A DNA stretch of 64,000 nt from the human T2T-CHM13v2.0 reference genome, Homo sapiens: the NCBI RefSeq assembly GCF_009914755.1, contig NC_060925.1. One strand, 5' to 3'. Made by a program: the position numbers and the translations under genes. The notes beneath the pieces were generated by a model that searched no databases, had not been told where the DNA came from, and saw only the letters and a program-made list of their open reading frames with translations. The first letter of the stretch is position 1; each line of letters starts with the position of its first letter. Shown here one piece after another: positions 27,456 to 41,307 of this stretch.

Positions 27456-28389
27456 GAAGAAAGACTGTTAACTGGCAGACTCATAGACAGCAGCAAGAAA
27501 TGACCATTACTAACCTGACAGCAAGGAAGAGATGAAACATGAAGAACAGCTAAAGGAATTCAAAGTGCACAGCAACCTAGGGTCATTTTAAACACCAGTA
27601 AACTGCTCTTTAAATACATGTTTTTCCAGATTTTCCAGGACAATTCAGATTTTACATATTTCTATAACCCCTACAAGGACACTCAAAAATTTCCCACTGT
27701 TTTTCTGTTTTCAACTCGGAAAATATAGTTACTACTCAAAGCTTACTTGGCATGTAGGACAGTCTAGCAACGATTACAATGCAGCTCAGATACTATGAGA
27801 GTCTATGTGTGAATCCAACTGTATCCTGGTAGGAAACATCATGGACTCCTAAGTTCTCTGAGAGTCATTTGTGTGCCCCCTCCTCCCCAAACTAGGGACC
27901 CTGAGATAATAGCCCCGCTTTATCCTAATGAGAGGCTGGAGTCTAAAGAGTACATGCAGATAGATAGCCTCCACTAAGGGGAAGGCTTACAGAGAAGATA
28001 CCATAAATCTTTTTAAGATGGCAGGGCATGTGCCCCACCCGACCAGGAGAACTAGAGTTACTGGATTTGTGGGTATGCATAGCATACTAAGGAGTCAGTC
28101 CTTACAGACAGTAATGTGGCTTAGACCCGATCATATGTCTCAGATGAGGAAAGGTAAAAGCTGTGAAAACACAGCCCCACTCCTATGAGACAAGCAGAAG
28201 CAAGAGAACATTGGTATGCTACTATCTGGATCCACTGGGATCGACATCCTGAGCCAACTTTTCAGGGTGAGTCCCCCTTTCTCCTAAAACAGAAAAAGAA
28301 CTAGAGAGCCTTTGGGGAGCTCTATAAACTCTCTAGAGAAAGACAAATATTTCAATATACAAATGATGCCAAGAGAATGGGTTGGGTAC

Positions 28390-28845
28390 ATGCATGGGTC
28401 CAGGTTTTATGATCCCTAAAGCTAACGTAATTTAGGAATACATTTTTTAAGAAAACACAAAATGATGAATACAAAAAATTAGGTTCAAAAATGAAAACTC
28501 ATAGACAAGGAGAAATCACAACAAATTACAAGTCTTGAAAAACTGACAGATACCACAAACATCCAGAAAAATAACATAATATTTTACTAATTAATTTTAA
28601 AACATAATCTGTAATGCTTTTTCCACATTTTAGGACCGTTATCAAATTTGGAAAATATTGAGCTTTTATCATAAATCAGCTGTAAGATTTCAGGAAAATT
28701 CAAGTTTTCTTGGCAAGGACTAAAGTAAAGAATTCTTTGAATTCACAACACTCTAATCGTATTGCTGGGGTCTTAGAAGCAGCCCAGACAGGTGGTGAGC
28801 CTAAAAACTTAAGCTTCAATAACTTCAAGATAAACCCACTTCTCT
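28390..28845. mobile_element. hAT-Tip100 (MER91/Zaphod-like) DNA transposon remnant
   Basis: End AACTTAAGCTTCAATAACTTCAAGATAAACCCACTTCT resembles the MER91/Zaphod terminus. Confidence 0.5.
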
Positions 28846-31800
28846 ATGAGCAGACAATTTCCAATGCAGATTTGAGAACCAGTAGAAAGCTCAGTAGTGA
28901 ATATTTCTGTGTGGGCAATAGAAGCTAGCTGTCTACTGGAAGACTTCCACAGGTAGCCATTTGGAGACTTTGGGAATCACTTCATGTTTCAACAAAGTAA
29001 GCCACACAGCATCAGCAGCAACTCAGAGGCTTTATCTGGGTGTATAAATCTCTGCATCTGCAAAGTAAAAGTGGAATTGCATGAATTTGGACAATGTCAG
29101 TCAGTAGTGAGAGTGACCTGAGATGCTACAGAGTACTACCCAAAGGGAAAGCATACACTCAAATGCAGAAGATGGGAAGAGTGCATCATCATTGGTGGTT
29201 TTCAAAAATCACTACTTTACTTCATTTAGAAAAGACCTAGAAATATAGTGTTGTAATTGATGGTATTTAGGGGCTCTCCACCTGACAACAATGTTTAGGC
29301 TTTGAAATCAAGTAGACTTAGATTTCATCACCCAGTTTCAAAATTTATTAACTCATGCTTGTCTTGTTTCATCTGTACCCTCAAACCACACACAATCCCC
29401 TTCACCTCCAGGCAATTTTAAAACAAACTCTAGACATCATTTACTGCTCAATCATAAGTATTCTAGACTGTATCTCGAAAAGAAAGGACTCTAGAAAATA
29501 TTAACCATAATATCACTATCACACTTTTGAAATTAATACTAATTCTATAACATCAAGAAATGTGCAATTATATGTTTTCTTCTAGTGATGCAAAAACTGA
29601 AAAAAAAACCCACAAAAATCCTCCAATAAACTGACAAGTAAAAAATATTATGTTTAAATCTTAGTTTTGATGAGTATGTGACCACAGCAAATTCAAATAA
29701 TCCTTCTGGACCTTGATTTACCCCTCAAAAATTAATAAAATGCCTGACCCACGTAGTTCTAATTCTCTCATAATTGTTTGCAAATAGCAGGTTACTTAAC
29801 TTTTCTAAGCTTTCATATCTCAATATAAAATGAGAATAATAACTACCTTATAAAGTTGCTATGAATATTAAAGAAGATAAAACATGTGAAGTGCCTGGCA
29901 TAAAAGTAGCACTCAAAAAAAAAATTAGTTATCTTTTCTTTTGAATCCCAAACTTAACTTGAAACAATACTGCTACATGTAGTTGCATATAATCCATGCT
30001 CTGATTTTCTCCCTCATATATTTATGAGAACCTGGCAAAGTAAACAGCTCAGTTTGTGTGTAATCCAAGGATCAGAGAGATTTATTGACTTGCCCAAAGT
30101 GCACAGCTGTTGAATGGCTGAACAGAATTTGCATAGAAAGCTCCTTACTCCCCCTGTTCTTCTGAACCTGTGATATCCAAAGAAATTTAATGTGTGCTTA
30201 GAATATTCTGTTCAGAGACAGGGAGATATATAATCATCTTAAGAAAAAAATTCATTTAGGTTATCTTTAAAATTTTTTTGAAACTTGGAGAAAGTGAAAC
30301 TACCTTAAGAATTATTTCTTGGGTGTTCAGTATGCCAGAAGTTGCAGTTTTACTTTCTCTCCCCAAAAAAGCCATGTAAAGGTTTTTTTAAAATTAACCA
30401 TATTGAAGCTAAAATGTCCAATTTTTTATGTAAAGTTTAACCTTTTAAAGCCAAGTGTTTATTGACCTTCAATAAATAATCACATTTAAAATCTGTCCAT
30501 GAGAGTTTGCGATAATTTTTAAATACTAAACAAAAAGGGCCATATTTCTCATAAAATGAAATTAGAAAATATTACCTAGCACTGTAGCTTGGCCAAATGC
30601 TAACTGCAATCGGTGTTCCTATTGTAACTTGGGTTGCAGGTGGTGTGATACTCTCCAAGCTTTCTTGATTTGGTGTATTCAGAAAGCCAAAGTCACGAAG
30701 TGGCTGTGGCTTCCCAGCAGCAGGTTCTCCAGTAGGAGCACACGCTCTTCAGACTCTGGCATTCATTTCCTTAACTCACTCACTTTAAGGCCTTCTGGGT
30801 GAATGCTAGGCCTTTCTCAGCTACAAAATCTATTTTTAAAACTTTTTTTATCTCAATGGTTTTGTATTTTTTTTCCTTTGTATGAATCTCACATTTCCTC
30901 TTAAGACTGTTTCTAGGTATTTTATGTGGTTTGTTGCTACGTGGGTGAAATTCTCTTCCTTGTATTTGTTGATATATAAGTAAATTTTCATGAGCCTAGG
31001 GTTTAATGTTCCCTGTGAGACCTGTATGAGAAGATAGAAGTGATGCCCCCAAACATCTCTGGTCATGGGTAACAATTAACCGGAATGGCTGGGATTCAAA
31101 ATGACTTTAGACAATTAGAGAAATGTTCAAAACAAAGGATATAGTATTGAGTGGTGGCAGGTATGACAGAAAACAACAACAACACAAATTATCAAAAAGA
31201 AAAGAATAATTAGCCGACCATGAGTGAGCATGAGGCACTGCCCTTTTTTCTGACCGATAAAATTGAAATCTGGTGTATAAGGACAATCAAACAAACTTCC
31301 TTGTGTTTTCAGTGCCAGTGAAACCTCTAACATGACACCCTCTAACTCTGACAACCACTACTTGAAGAGAAATATAGAGATCTTAGAACCTAAGTGATAT
31401 GAACACTGTAAAAAATGAGTATAAGGGTTTTTTTTTATTTAAAAAAAAGATGAGAAGATGGACTTACACAAAGGATAAAGGAAATGTCCTTTAGTGCCCA
31501 ACATTGTCCATATACACTGACAGAAAAACAAGATGAAACAGCTTTAACCCACAACATGAAGTCATGCCGTCAAGGTCAGTGTTTTCAGACAGCAGGTTTA
31601 TTAATCATTAAAACAAACTGACACATGAGGTTGTCAAATTTTCTGTTCTGGAAGTGTTATTAATTTTTTAATGTGCTACTGGATTCTAAGAATACACACA
31701 ACTTAAGTGATCTCAGGCTGTTTTTAAAGATCCTAGTGGCTAAGCTATTCACAGCTAAGAAAGTAAATCAGTCCCCTCAGTCCTGAATGCAAACAAAAGG

Positions 31801-33094
31801 ACTTTATAGTGACTGGGAAAAATCAGAACCTTTTTTTACAGTACTTAGTGGAAGAGGGACACAGGATGTTTACACCCAGCAACCTTCCAGGCCTAGTCTC
31901 TGGTGCCTGCTGTGCTTCATAAAGGATAGATAAGAAGCAACTTGGAAATAAGGTAGGATCTTGTAGGATCAAATACAAACATATCTCTTAACTAGCCCAA
32001 AGAATAAGCAAGGAGGAGACTTTCAGCAACTGAGAAATAAACCTTTAGGATTTTCAAATGGATGCTGGAGGGATAAATTAACTTAAAGAGATTTTTGGAT
32101 CAAAGGACTTGCATTAAGATTAGTGTAATCTCTTAAAGAAAATATTAACAATGGGTTAGGAAAGACAACAGCAGTGCCAAGGACTATAACAGAGCCTAAA
32201 GAATTATTCTTTGCTCCATTAAAAAAAAAGAGTAGATCTTTTTTTTTAATGGTATATTCAGCATTGAGATGTTGCCCCTTGAACTGCCTGGGGTCAGTAC
32301 TGAAAAGTGAAACCAGATCACAAATGGCCTTGTGTGCCATGCAAATGAATTGGACTTTATCTGGCAGGTAATGAGGAACTATCTTAGAAGTGGCAAAATC
32401 TGATTTGCATTTTGAATTTATTTTCAATGGTAACGTGAAAGATGGTCTACAGAAGGCTTGAGACTAGAGACAGGGAAGCCTTTTAGGAGGCATTTTAAAA
32501 GCCCAGAAGAGATGATAAACCTCTAAGGGAAGGCCTTATGGCAATGGCAATGGCAATAAGGCTTATGAGAAAAAAACTAATCTGAGCAAGAGATGTTTGA
32601 AAAGTAGGTTCAACAACACGACTATGTGTCTAATTAGATGAGAAACATAGACATGAGGACCATTCTGAGTTTTCTGGCTTGATTAGACAGGTGATTCATA
32701 GTACCATTAACTTAAGTAGATAATGTAGAAGTAAAAGCAGATTTCGGGAAAACAATAATAATGAGTTTAGTTGAAGATATATGCATAGGGTCTGATCCAG
32801 AAATACTCAATGGTTCTTAAGAAACATTATGTTGTTAGGACAAAGAGTTGAGCAATATAGACATACATGTGTAGGTGATAACCTAATTAATAGGAGTTGA
32901 TGAGTTGCCCCATGTGTGGAATACCCATTGCTAATCACTTCCCAACTCAATACACCTGAGTCCTACATCATAGTCTATTGATAAGTGTGGCAATATAGTC
33001 ATTTTAAAGGGATGTGTCCTCAACATTCTCACCTTCCAGTGTAAAGAAACATATTAAGTGACAGAATCCCTGAGAATGGCAATACTTAAGACAC

Positions 33095-33375
33095 TACTGT
33101 GTAAACTTGAGTGTATAAGAACCCCTAGTGAACTTGTTAAAGGGCAGGACGAGGTGGCTCATGCCTGTAATCCCAGCACTTCAGGAGGCTAAGGCATGAG
33201 GATCTCTTGAGGTCAGAAGTTCAAGACCAGCCTGGGCAGTATAGTGAGATCTCCGTCTCTACAAGGGGTTAAAAAAAGAAGATGCTTATGCCCATCCCCA
33301 AACACTAATTCAGTGGTCTGAGTGGGGCTCAGGAACCTGTATGTTGAAAAAGTAACTCCAGTTATTTCTTATAAA
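33095..33375. mobile_element. MER5A-like element interrupted by a FLAM (33146-33278, +)
   Basis: MER5-like halves flank a left Alu monomer. Confidence 0.65.
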
Positions 33376-33705
33376 CACAGAAGTTTGTGAAGTTCCTTGG
33401 AAGATCTAATTAAAAAGAAAAAATACAGTAGTCAGAATTTTGCATATGTGAATTTTGCCTTTAAAATGACCATGTGTTTAACTTGTGTCAGGTTATTTCT
33501 TTTGGTTTTAAAGTTCATGATATTAGTCAAAATCTATCAATTATTTTTCCTGGAAAAGTTTATAACAAGTAAATCTGTCTGCCTTGAGTCATACAGCATA
33601 TTTCCCTTTCCCTAGACTTAACAAAGAAGAAAATAATCTAAAGTTAAAATAAAACAAGTGGTGAAGAGCAACTGGTTTATGAAATTTGAAAGTGACTAAT
33701 TTAAA

Positions 33706-33994
33706 TTTTTTTTTTTTTTTTTTGAGACTGAGTCTTGCTCTGTCGCCCAGGCTGGAGTGCAGTGGCGCGATCTCGGCTCACTGGAAGCTCCGCCTCCCGG
33801 GTTCACGCCATTCTCCTGCCTCCGCCTCCTGAGTAGCTGGGACTACAGGCGGCCGCCACCGCGCCCGGCTAATTTTTTTTGTATTTTTAGTAGAGACGGG
33901 ATTTCACCGTGGTCTCTATCTCCTGACCTCCTGACCCACCCGCCTCGGCCTCCCAAAGTGCTGGGATTACAGGCGTGAGCCAACGCGCCCAGCC
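33706..33994 (-). mobile_element. AluY with the 12-bp left-arm deletion of the Yc/Yd lineage
   Basis: Reverse complement reads GAGACCACGGTGAAA; 18-bp TSD GAAAGTGACTAATTTAAA. Confidence 0.88.
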
Positions 33995-35905
33995 GAAAGT
34001 GACTAATTTAAAATTTTAGAGTCATTATGCTTAATGGACAGGGTTCTAGACTGAAATTCAGAAAACCTGCATTAGTACTAACCTTGAGCTAGTCTTCTGA
34101 CATTTCTAGGCCCTCATTTTCCCATTTATCTCAAGAGAGTCTTGAGCTGGAAATTTTTCTTAAGATTCTGGATAATATTGCATGTTAGATTGAGCCAAAT
34201 GAAAATGATATTTAGCCATTTTTGACCTACAAAAAAATGGCAATTTCATATGGTTCAACATATCTAGGATGGAGCTGACCTATTCGGCGTGATCAGCCTG
34301 GGGCTCTATATCTTTCTACCTCACAATTGGCTTGTCTCATTTTTCTCCAACTACGATAGTCTTCCTCCATGGCCATAAACAGACCACACTCACTTTCCAT
34401 CCTTCTGGCTCCGAAACTTGAAAGGACAATAACCCTCTTTACCTCTAAATTGAAAAATCCTCCAGAAGGACTAAAATTGAAATAGCTTGGAGTAGTATTA
34501 TCGGCTTGAAATGGATCATTTTCATACTCCAGTGACCAGAAGGGTAGAATAGTATGAATGGCAGCATTTGGTCCCCTAAAGAAGGTATGGTGCTGACCAG
34601 ACAAACCTACAGATAGCCTCTACATCTCTGTATGTCTCTGGGTGGTAGTAATTTAAAATATACTTTACTCATAGAAAGGAAGCATTGTGACTAGACTAAA
34701 CTAAACCAGAAGGAAGAAGATTTGGATTCAAAATCTTTGTGACTTGGAAAGTCATTTTCCTCTTTTAAATCTATTTTCTCATCTGAAAAATGTATTATAA
34801 ATACCTCAAAAGGCTACTATAGTATTATATAAAATCATGTGTATGAAACTTCTTTGGAATTTGTAAAGTACTACAGAAGTTAAGGAATCTTTCACTCAGT
34901 AAGCATCTATTGAGTGCCTACTGTGGGGCTGTAGACTTTATTAGGATTTGGAAATACAGAGATAATATACAATGATGAATACAATATGATATTTTTGCCC
35001 TCTGTAACATCATATAGGATCTGGATAACATCTAGTGTAAAAATAAGCTCAGTGCATCTGAATTTTTTTAATCCTTAAAATAAACCAAATACTTAAGAAT
35101 TGATTAAGAAGGTATACTTGTTTAACAAATGCCAGGATAGTCTATATATAATAGAATAGAGACATTTCTCAAAATCTGAGCATAAAATCGAATCTCTAAA
35201 GCAAATCTTTCACTCATTTTACCTCTATCCTTTTCACAAGACTATATTTTATTCTGCTCACCTCCTCAACAAATTATTTCTTCCTAAGATTAACACTGAT
35301 GGCCCCTGTCAGGCTTCTTTCCTCAAAAGTGATCCTGTGGCTAATTCTCTACGGAATGTTTCTCATCCTTCTATACACACGTAACCCTGAATACAGCAAT
35401 TCTTACCACAAGTCTCCCTCCCATGCTATCTCATCTTAATTTCCCAAACAAGCCAATTTTGAACCTCATTCATGTTCGTTTTTATTATTATATCTTTTCT
35501 TATCTTTGCACAATTCCCTTATTAAATTACGTGGTCCTACCTGAGCTAATGCTTTGGGAAGGCGTTAATAAAACTGAGACTTGCCTACTATGAAATGATC
35601 TTGTAGTTCCCCAGCCATTCTGAGTCTAAAATTATCCCTTATCATTTGTGTCAGTCAAACTGATTTCTCTGATAGTGGTTTACATTTCTGTCATCCTGAC
35701 CCATATTTGCAAATATGACATTTTAAAATTTTTAACAAGATTAAACAACAAATTATAAGAGACTTTCAGGAACTTCTTGCAAAAAAAAATACTTGCTTGC
35801 CTAGGCATACTAGTTTACATGCCAATTACACATTTATTCCGTCTAAACTCGTTACATTGTAGTAAGTTCCTGTCTCTGCCAGAACTGTATAAAATTCCCA
35901 GACCT

Positions 35906-36186
35906 GACCGGGCGCGGTGGCTCACGCTTGTAATCCCAGCACTTTGGGAGGCCGAGGCGGGCGGATCACGAGGGTGAAACCCCGTCTCTACTAAAAGTAC
36001 AAAAAATTAGCCGGGCGTGGTGGCGGGCGCCTGTGGTCCCAGCTATACGGAGAGGCTGAGGCAGGAGAACGGCGTGAACCAGGGAGGCGGAGCTCGCAGT
36101 GAGCCGAGATCGCGCCACTGCACTCCGACCTGGGCGACTGAGCCAGACTCCGTCTCAAGAAAAAAAGAAAAAAATTAATTAAAAAA
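35906..36186 (+). mobile_element. Young AluY derivative with a ~31-bp left-arm deletion
   Basis: Junction CACGAG|GGTGAAAC; CpG-rich; TSD AAAATTCCCAGACCT. Confidence 0.88.
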
Positions 36187-37049
36187 AAAATTCCCAGACC
36201 TGAGGCTAGCTTAGTGGTCGTAATGCCGTCACTTATTGCTGGTATTTTTACCTATTGCTTACAGTTTTGTCATGGGTTCCTAACCCACTCCTATTCAAAT
36301 TCTTTGCCTGGATTTGTTTGTTCATTTTTTTCTTCAGCAACTATTTGCTGAAGGTCTACTATAAGCCAGGTCCTAGTCTTGGCTGGGTGAGTACAAAATT
36401 AATAAGGCACAGTCTTTGCCCTCAAGGCCCTACAAAGCAGTAGAGGAGATGGAGAACTAAAAAGATAATTGCAATACAGGAGATGCAATAGATTATGGAA
36501 AGTATAGTTTTTGTCTGCCTTCTAGTTCCTTCAGGAAATAATTCCCCTACTCAACTGGTCTGAAAGGCCAATCATACTAGTTCAGGGATGGGCATGCATC
36601 TGTCCCAGGCCAATCCAAGGACCCAGAACTTTTCAGCTAAAGGTATAAGGGAGGAGTATCCTGTTATTGCTTTAGGATCACAAGCTCCAAGTACGGAGCC
36701 TGAAGCATGCAGATGTTGTCACTATTCATGTGAAGTGCCAAATGAGAAGTTGCTGGTGGCACTTTTCCCACCACGTGGAGAGATTCTATTCAGAAGAGAC
36801 AGAAGCTAGCATGCTAGGAGAAGCAGAGGCAAGTAAGACTTGAAAGACAGAAAGAGCCTTACTGATCTTTGGGTCTGGTATGCTGAAGCTACCACTTCCC
36901 GGGACTTATCAATTTTGTGTGGAGGTAGGTAGTCCTGGGGTGGTATGGTCCACAATCATCAGGGATCCAGGTTCTTTCTGTCTTTCCACTCTGCCATCCT
37001 TAGCACTGAATTCCATCCCATGTAGCAACTTCATTTCTGAGATAAAGCT

Positions 37050-37416
37050 TGTCTCAGTCTACTCAGGTTGCTATAAGAAAATATCATAAACTGGGTGCTC
37101 CCAAACAAAAAATAATTAATTTCTCATAGTTCTGGATGCTGGGAAGTTCAAGATCAGGGTGCCAGTAGGTTCAGTGTCTGGTGAAGGCCAATTTTCTGGT
37201 TCATAAATGGCCCCCTCTCACTATGTTCTCACATGGTAGATGATATGATGGTTCTCTCTTGGGCTTCTTATAAGGGCACTAATCTTATTCATGAGGGGAC
37301 TATTCTCATGACCTAATCACCTCCCAAAGGCCCCACCTTCTACTGCCGTCACCTTGAGGGGTAGAATTTCAACATTGGAATTTGTCAGGGAGGGGAACAA
37401 AATTCAGGCCATAGCA
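37050..37416 (-). mobile_element. MaLR solo LTR (MLT1A/MSTD-like)
   Basis: Contains GGGAAGTTCAAGATCAGGGTGCCAG and TATAAGGGCACTAATC, and ends CCATAGCA. Confidence 0.8.
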
Positions 37417-40049
37417 GGGCTGGACCATGTTCTGGAGTCCCTATCATCCCTTAATATCTCCCAGACAGAGTTCAGTGTCAGTTGTCATTTATCCTCAAGC
37501 TTACAATGTTGTTTTTCTTATATCCTGCACTTCACTCATATACGTAAACCACTTACCTTATAGAGACTTTCCAAGTATGGTCTCTGATGAAAAGAAGGGG
37601 GACCTCTATTTAAATGTACCTTTGTGAGGTCAAGTAAGAAGTCTAACCTCTCCTTTCTTGTAAAGCTTTTGAAAAAAATAAAAGTAAACTCACTTTTTTT
37701 GGCAATGTTCTCAACTCCATGGTCATAGGAAAATAGTATATTTACCTGTTGTGAAGAATATGAGGTATATCCTAAGTAACTTCTTCCTAGAAATAGATGT
37801 GCTTCTAATGTTTTCTAACAGTGCTCTTCTTTTTAAGAGAAGATTTAAGGTCATCCAAATGATGAGATGATCATTCTCTCTCTCTCACACACACATTCGT
37901 GAATGCTTTATAGAATGGGAGAAAAAAGGCTCAGAACTACAGATTCATTCACATAATGTGAAGCCTCTTTAAGTATGCTCATGAATGTGTCACACATTTG
38001 AATTTCATCTTTTATGTGTAGCAACAGCAGATGTTGAAAGTATAACCCCAACGCGGATAGACATTATGGTAAAGCTTTGAATGGGATAGGGAGTAGAGAC
38101 TTATTGTCATCACTAAACATGCAAATGATTTCACCATTCATGTGAAGTGCTAAATGAGATTAATTTGTTGGTCAACTGGGGCCCTGTATGAACTTAGTAT
38201 GTATCAGTAGTCTCTTGGGAAAGGATGTTCCACCTTATGATTAGAAAGAGAAGACTGAGGTTAGGTTTAGGGGATTAGGAATTGTGGGTGGGAAGAGAGA
38301 ATGATCTGTCTCTGAGATCATGGCTCACTCCTCTGGTAATTCAGGAGTGAGCTTCAAACAAAGGCAATCTAAGGCTAACAGTGAATTACAAATCAGTTGT
38401 ATTGCCAGAGAGGTAGTCTCTGCTATGAGATTTGTAGTGAATAGAAAAACAGAAGGAATCTAGACTAGTGTAGCTGCTAGCTCCAAATGACTGGAAAACA
38501 AGAAAACCAGCCATGAAAAAAAAAAATGCTGTAGAGAACTTACTGAAGAATTTGATGTTGTCAACAGTAAGCAGGTACCAGCAGCAGAAAATAGTGCAAT
38601 TGATTTTGTAGGAATAGCTCATTCAAACATCCTAAGTGATTTGGGAGAATATTTAGTTCGTTATGAGCCTATGAAATATATTGTGGCAGTAGAAAAAATA
38701 AGGGATGGATGTAAGAAGCATTAATAAAGTAATAAACAGATAAGACTTGCAATCGACAATGGGTGAGGTAAAAAAAGAGTAGAGAGACAGGAGTCAAAAA
38801 TCACTTAATTATTTTGGGTCTGGATAACTAGAAGAATGAAGATACTTTTCACAGAAATAAGGAAACTTGAAAGGGAAGACTTGTTTAAAGGTGATGTGTT
38901 CGGCTCTAAATAATTTGAGTTTGAGGTGAAAGTGAAATGTGTAAGTGGAAATATTCAGACTATTCAATGTGAGGTTGAAGATAACAGGAGAGGTCTAGGA
39001 TATAATTCTAAATTTGGGAGTTAGTGGAAGCTGGAAGAGTAAATGAGATCACTGAGGGAGGTGCTGAAATTCAAAGATGTGTGAGGCTGTCTTTTCCTTT
39101 GTTTTTACTTATTAATCTTAAATATGTAGATGGAAGATATACAATTATTGCCTTGAACTGGTGATCATTTATTGCCTACAATTGAGACACAATGCACCCA
39201 GGGATACTTGGTTAGAATTTGAGTTTCAGAATTAGATTAGTTCAATTAAGAAATTTAAATATACAGAGTGAGAATATTTGAATAACAGAAAGCTGCTCCT
39301 AACTTTGTCATAGTGTTATAAACTAAATCTATTGTGAGGTACATTAAATTTTAAGAGTGCCAGCCAATACTGAAAGAATATGCAGTCTTCACATGACATT
39401 TTTTTTCCTTAAATCTACTCACAGTATGTTTTTTAAAGAAGAATTTCAAGATCATTTCTGAATTTTCTGGTTTTTAGTTTTAAGTTAGACAAATGAGTTA
39501 TGTCTTTTCACATATAGTGTTAAATGATCTAGGTACATTGTGTAATCCAAAATACCTATGCAAATGCTTAATTGTATAAAGAACATTATGCAAATGTTTA
39601 ACTGAATAAGGAATAAGATGTCATTATTAATAATGACTTGTGAATGTAATTAGAAATGAGTAATTAGGAAAACACCACAGTAATAAAGGGTGTATTTCAA
39701 AAGTAGTGCACTGGAGATATAAAAATATGCCTTTTATATGTCCTTTACATGCCAGTAGAACATACATGTGATGTTCCTACCTAAACACATGATTTGAAGT
39801 GAAAAGGTAGGGATAAAAGGGTCATAATGATCTCCTAACTCCTTTGAGTAGTTTTAATATAAAATACTATATTCACTTTGGAAAAGTTTTTAGAAAAAAA
39901 TGTTTGATGTAACGATTTTTATATATAAAATAGATATATTCTATCTATTACACAGATTTGAATAGACTGGGGATCAAGCAAAATATAATCCTATTTTGTT
40001 AATTTTGTTCTGCCTCAACCTATTAATCAATGGATTTCAGAGTTCATAG

Positions 40050-40290
40050 TTGCATAAGTGAGTGTTGGCATTGAGAGAACATAGACTCTAGAGCCAGGCA
40101 ATTTTGAGTTCTGGTTCTGCCTCCTGCATCTGTGAAGCCATGGGCAGTTCACTTAACCCTGCTAAGTCTCGGTTTCCTCACCTATAAAAGATAAGTACTA
40201 ATAGTACTTACTTCATAGGGTCGTTGGGAGGACAAACTATAAAGCATTTAGAACAGTATTTGGCATAAATGTTTACTATATTATTATTGA
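40050..40290. mobile_element. MIR
   Basis: Core CACTTAACCCTGCTAAGTCTCGGTTTCCTCACCTATAAAA. Confidence 0.72.
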
Positions 40291-40984
40291 CATAAGAAAT
40301 GTATTTGACCCATGTAAACACACACACACATGCAACATATACAAGTTATCTTTTGTCATATGTAATGGTTAGGCCAAATAAGCATTCTGATCAAGGCAAA
40401 TAGGTTGACAGAATCATTACTTTGGTCTCAGGCAGTTGAACTTAGAGCTGGTATAGGCTCCTCTGGAAAGAGGTAAAATTGAATGTGTTTTATTTAACTT
40501 CTAAATTCTACTGTTGTTTCATTCTCCTTATCTCTTTGTTCTTTACTGTTTTACTGTTTGTGGTCTCATTAAACAGATACCAATACAGGGAAACAGAAAT
40601 ATACAAAGTAATGTAATAGGTAAAAATAATAACAGTAGAATTGTAGGGGCAATTTGACCTAAAGCTAGAGCTCAAATCTTAATACCCTTGACTGCCTGCC
40701 TGAAATGAAAATAAAAATTTTTCTGTACTTTGGCTTATCATGTTTTATTTTCTGTACCTTGGCTGATTCACAAGACAATTCAAATTAAGAAACAAATAGG
40801 ACTCTAACTCACTCCCTTGATATTTAAGAAAATTGCATTTGGATTACATGTAAACAAATTGACAATTGCTGGACAGAGATTTGAAGTCATCCAATTAATC
40901 TAATACATACTTATATCTGCAAATTACTTCTCTTATTTTCAATTGCTAAATGTAAAACTCAGCTATTCTATTTTCAAAGTTGAT

Positions 40985-41307
40985 AGTGGAGAGCTCTCTG
41001 TATCCATGAATTTCCTATCTTTGAATTCAACCAACATCAGATTGAAAACATTTAAAAAATGGATGGTTGCATATGTACTGAACAAGTACAGACATTTTTA
41101 CTTGTCATTATTCCCTAAACATTATAGTATAACAATTATTTACACAGCATTTACATTTTATTAGGTATTCTAAGTAATCTAGAGATAATTTAAAGTATAC
41201 AGGGTAGGGTATATGCGAATACTATGCCATTTTACACAAGGGATTTGAGCATCTGTGGATTTGGATACGAGGGGGTGGTCCTGAAAACAATCACTCATGG
41301 ACAACTG
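40985..41307. mobile_element. MER2-like Tigger MITE
   Basis: CTCTGTATCCATG...AACCAAC and GCATTTACATT..ATTAGGTATT..AAGTAATCTAGAGAT motifs; ends ACAACTG-TA. Confidence 0.75.

Noticed and set aside
35702-35717. 16-bp perfect palindrome CATATTTGCAAATATG
   Set aside because: About one 8-bp-arm palindrome is expected by chance in 64 kb of AT-rich DNA.
40717-40770. ~30-bp degenerate tandem duplication
   Set aside because: Ordinary slippage product with no motif of note.
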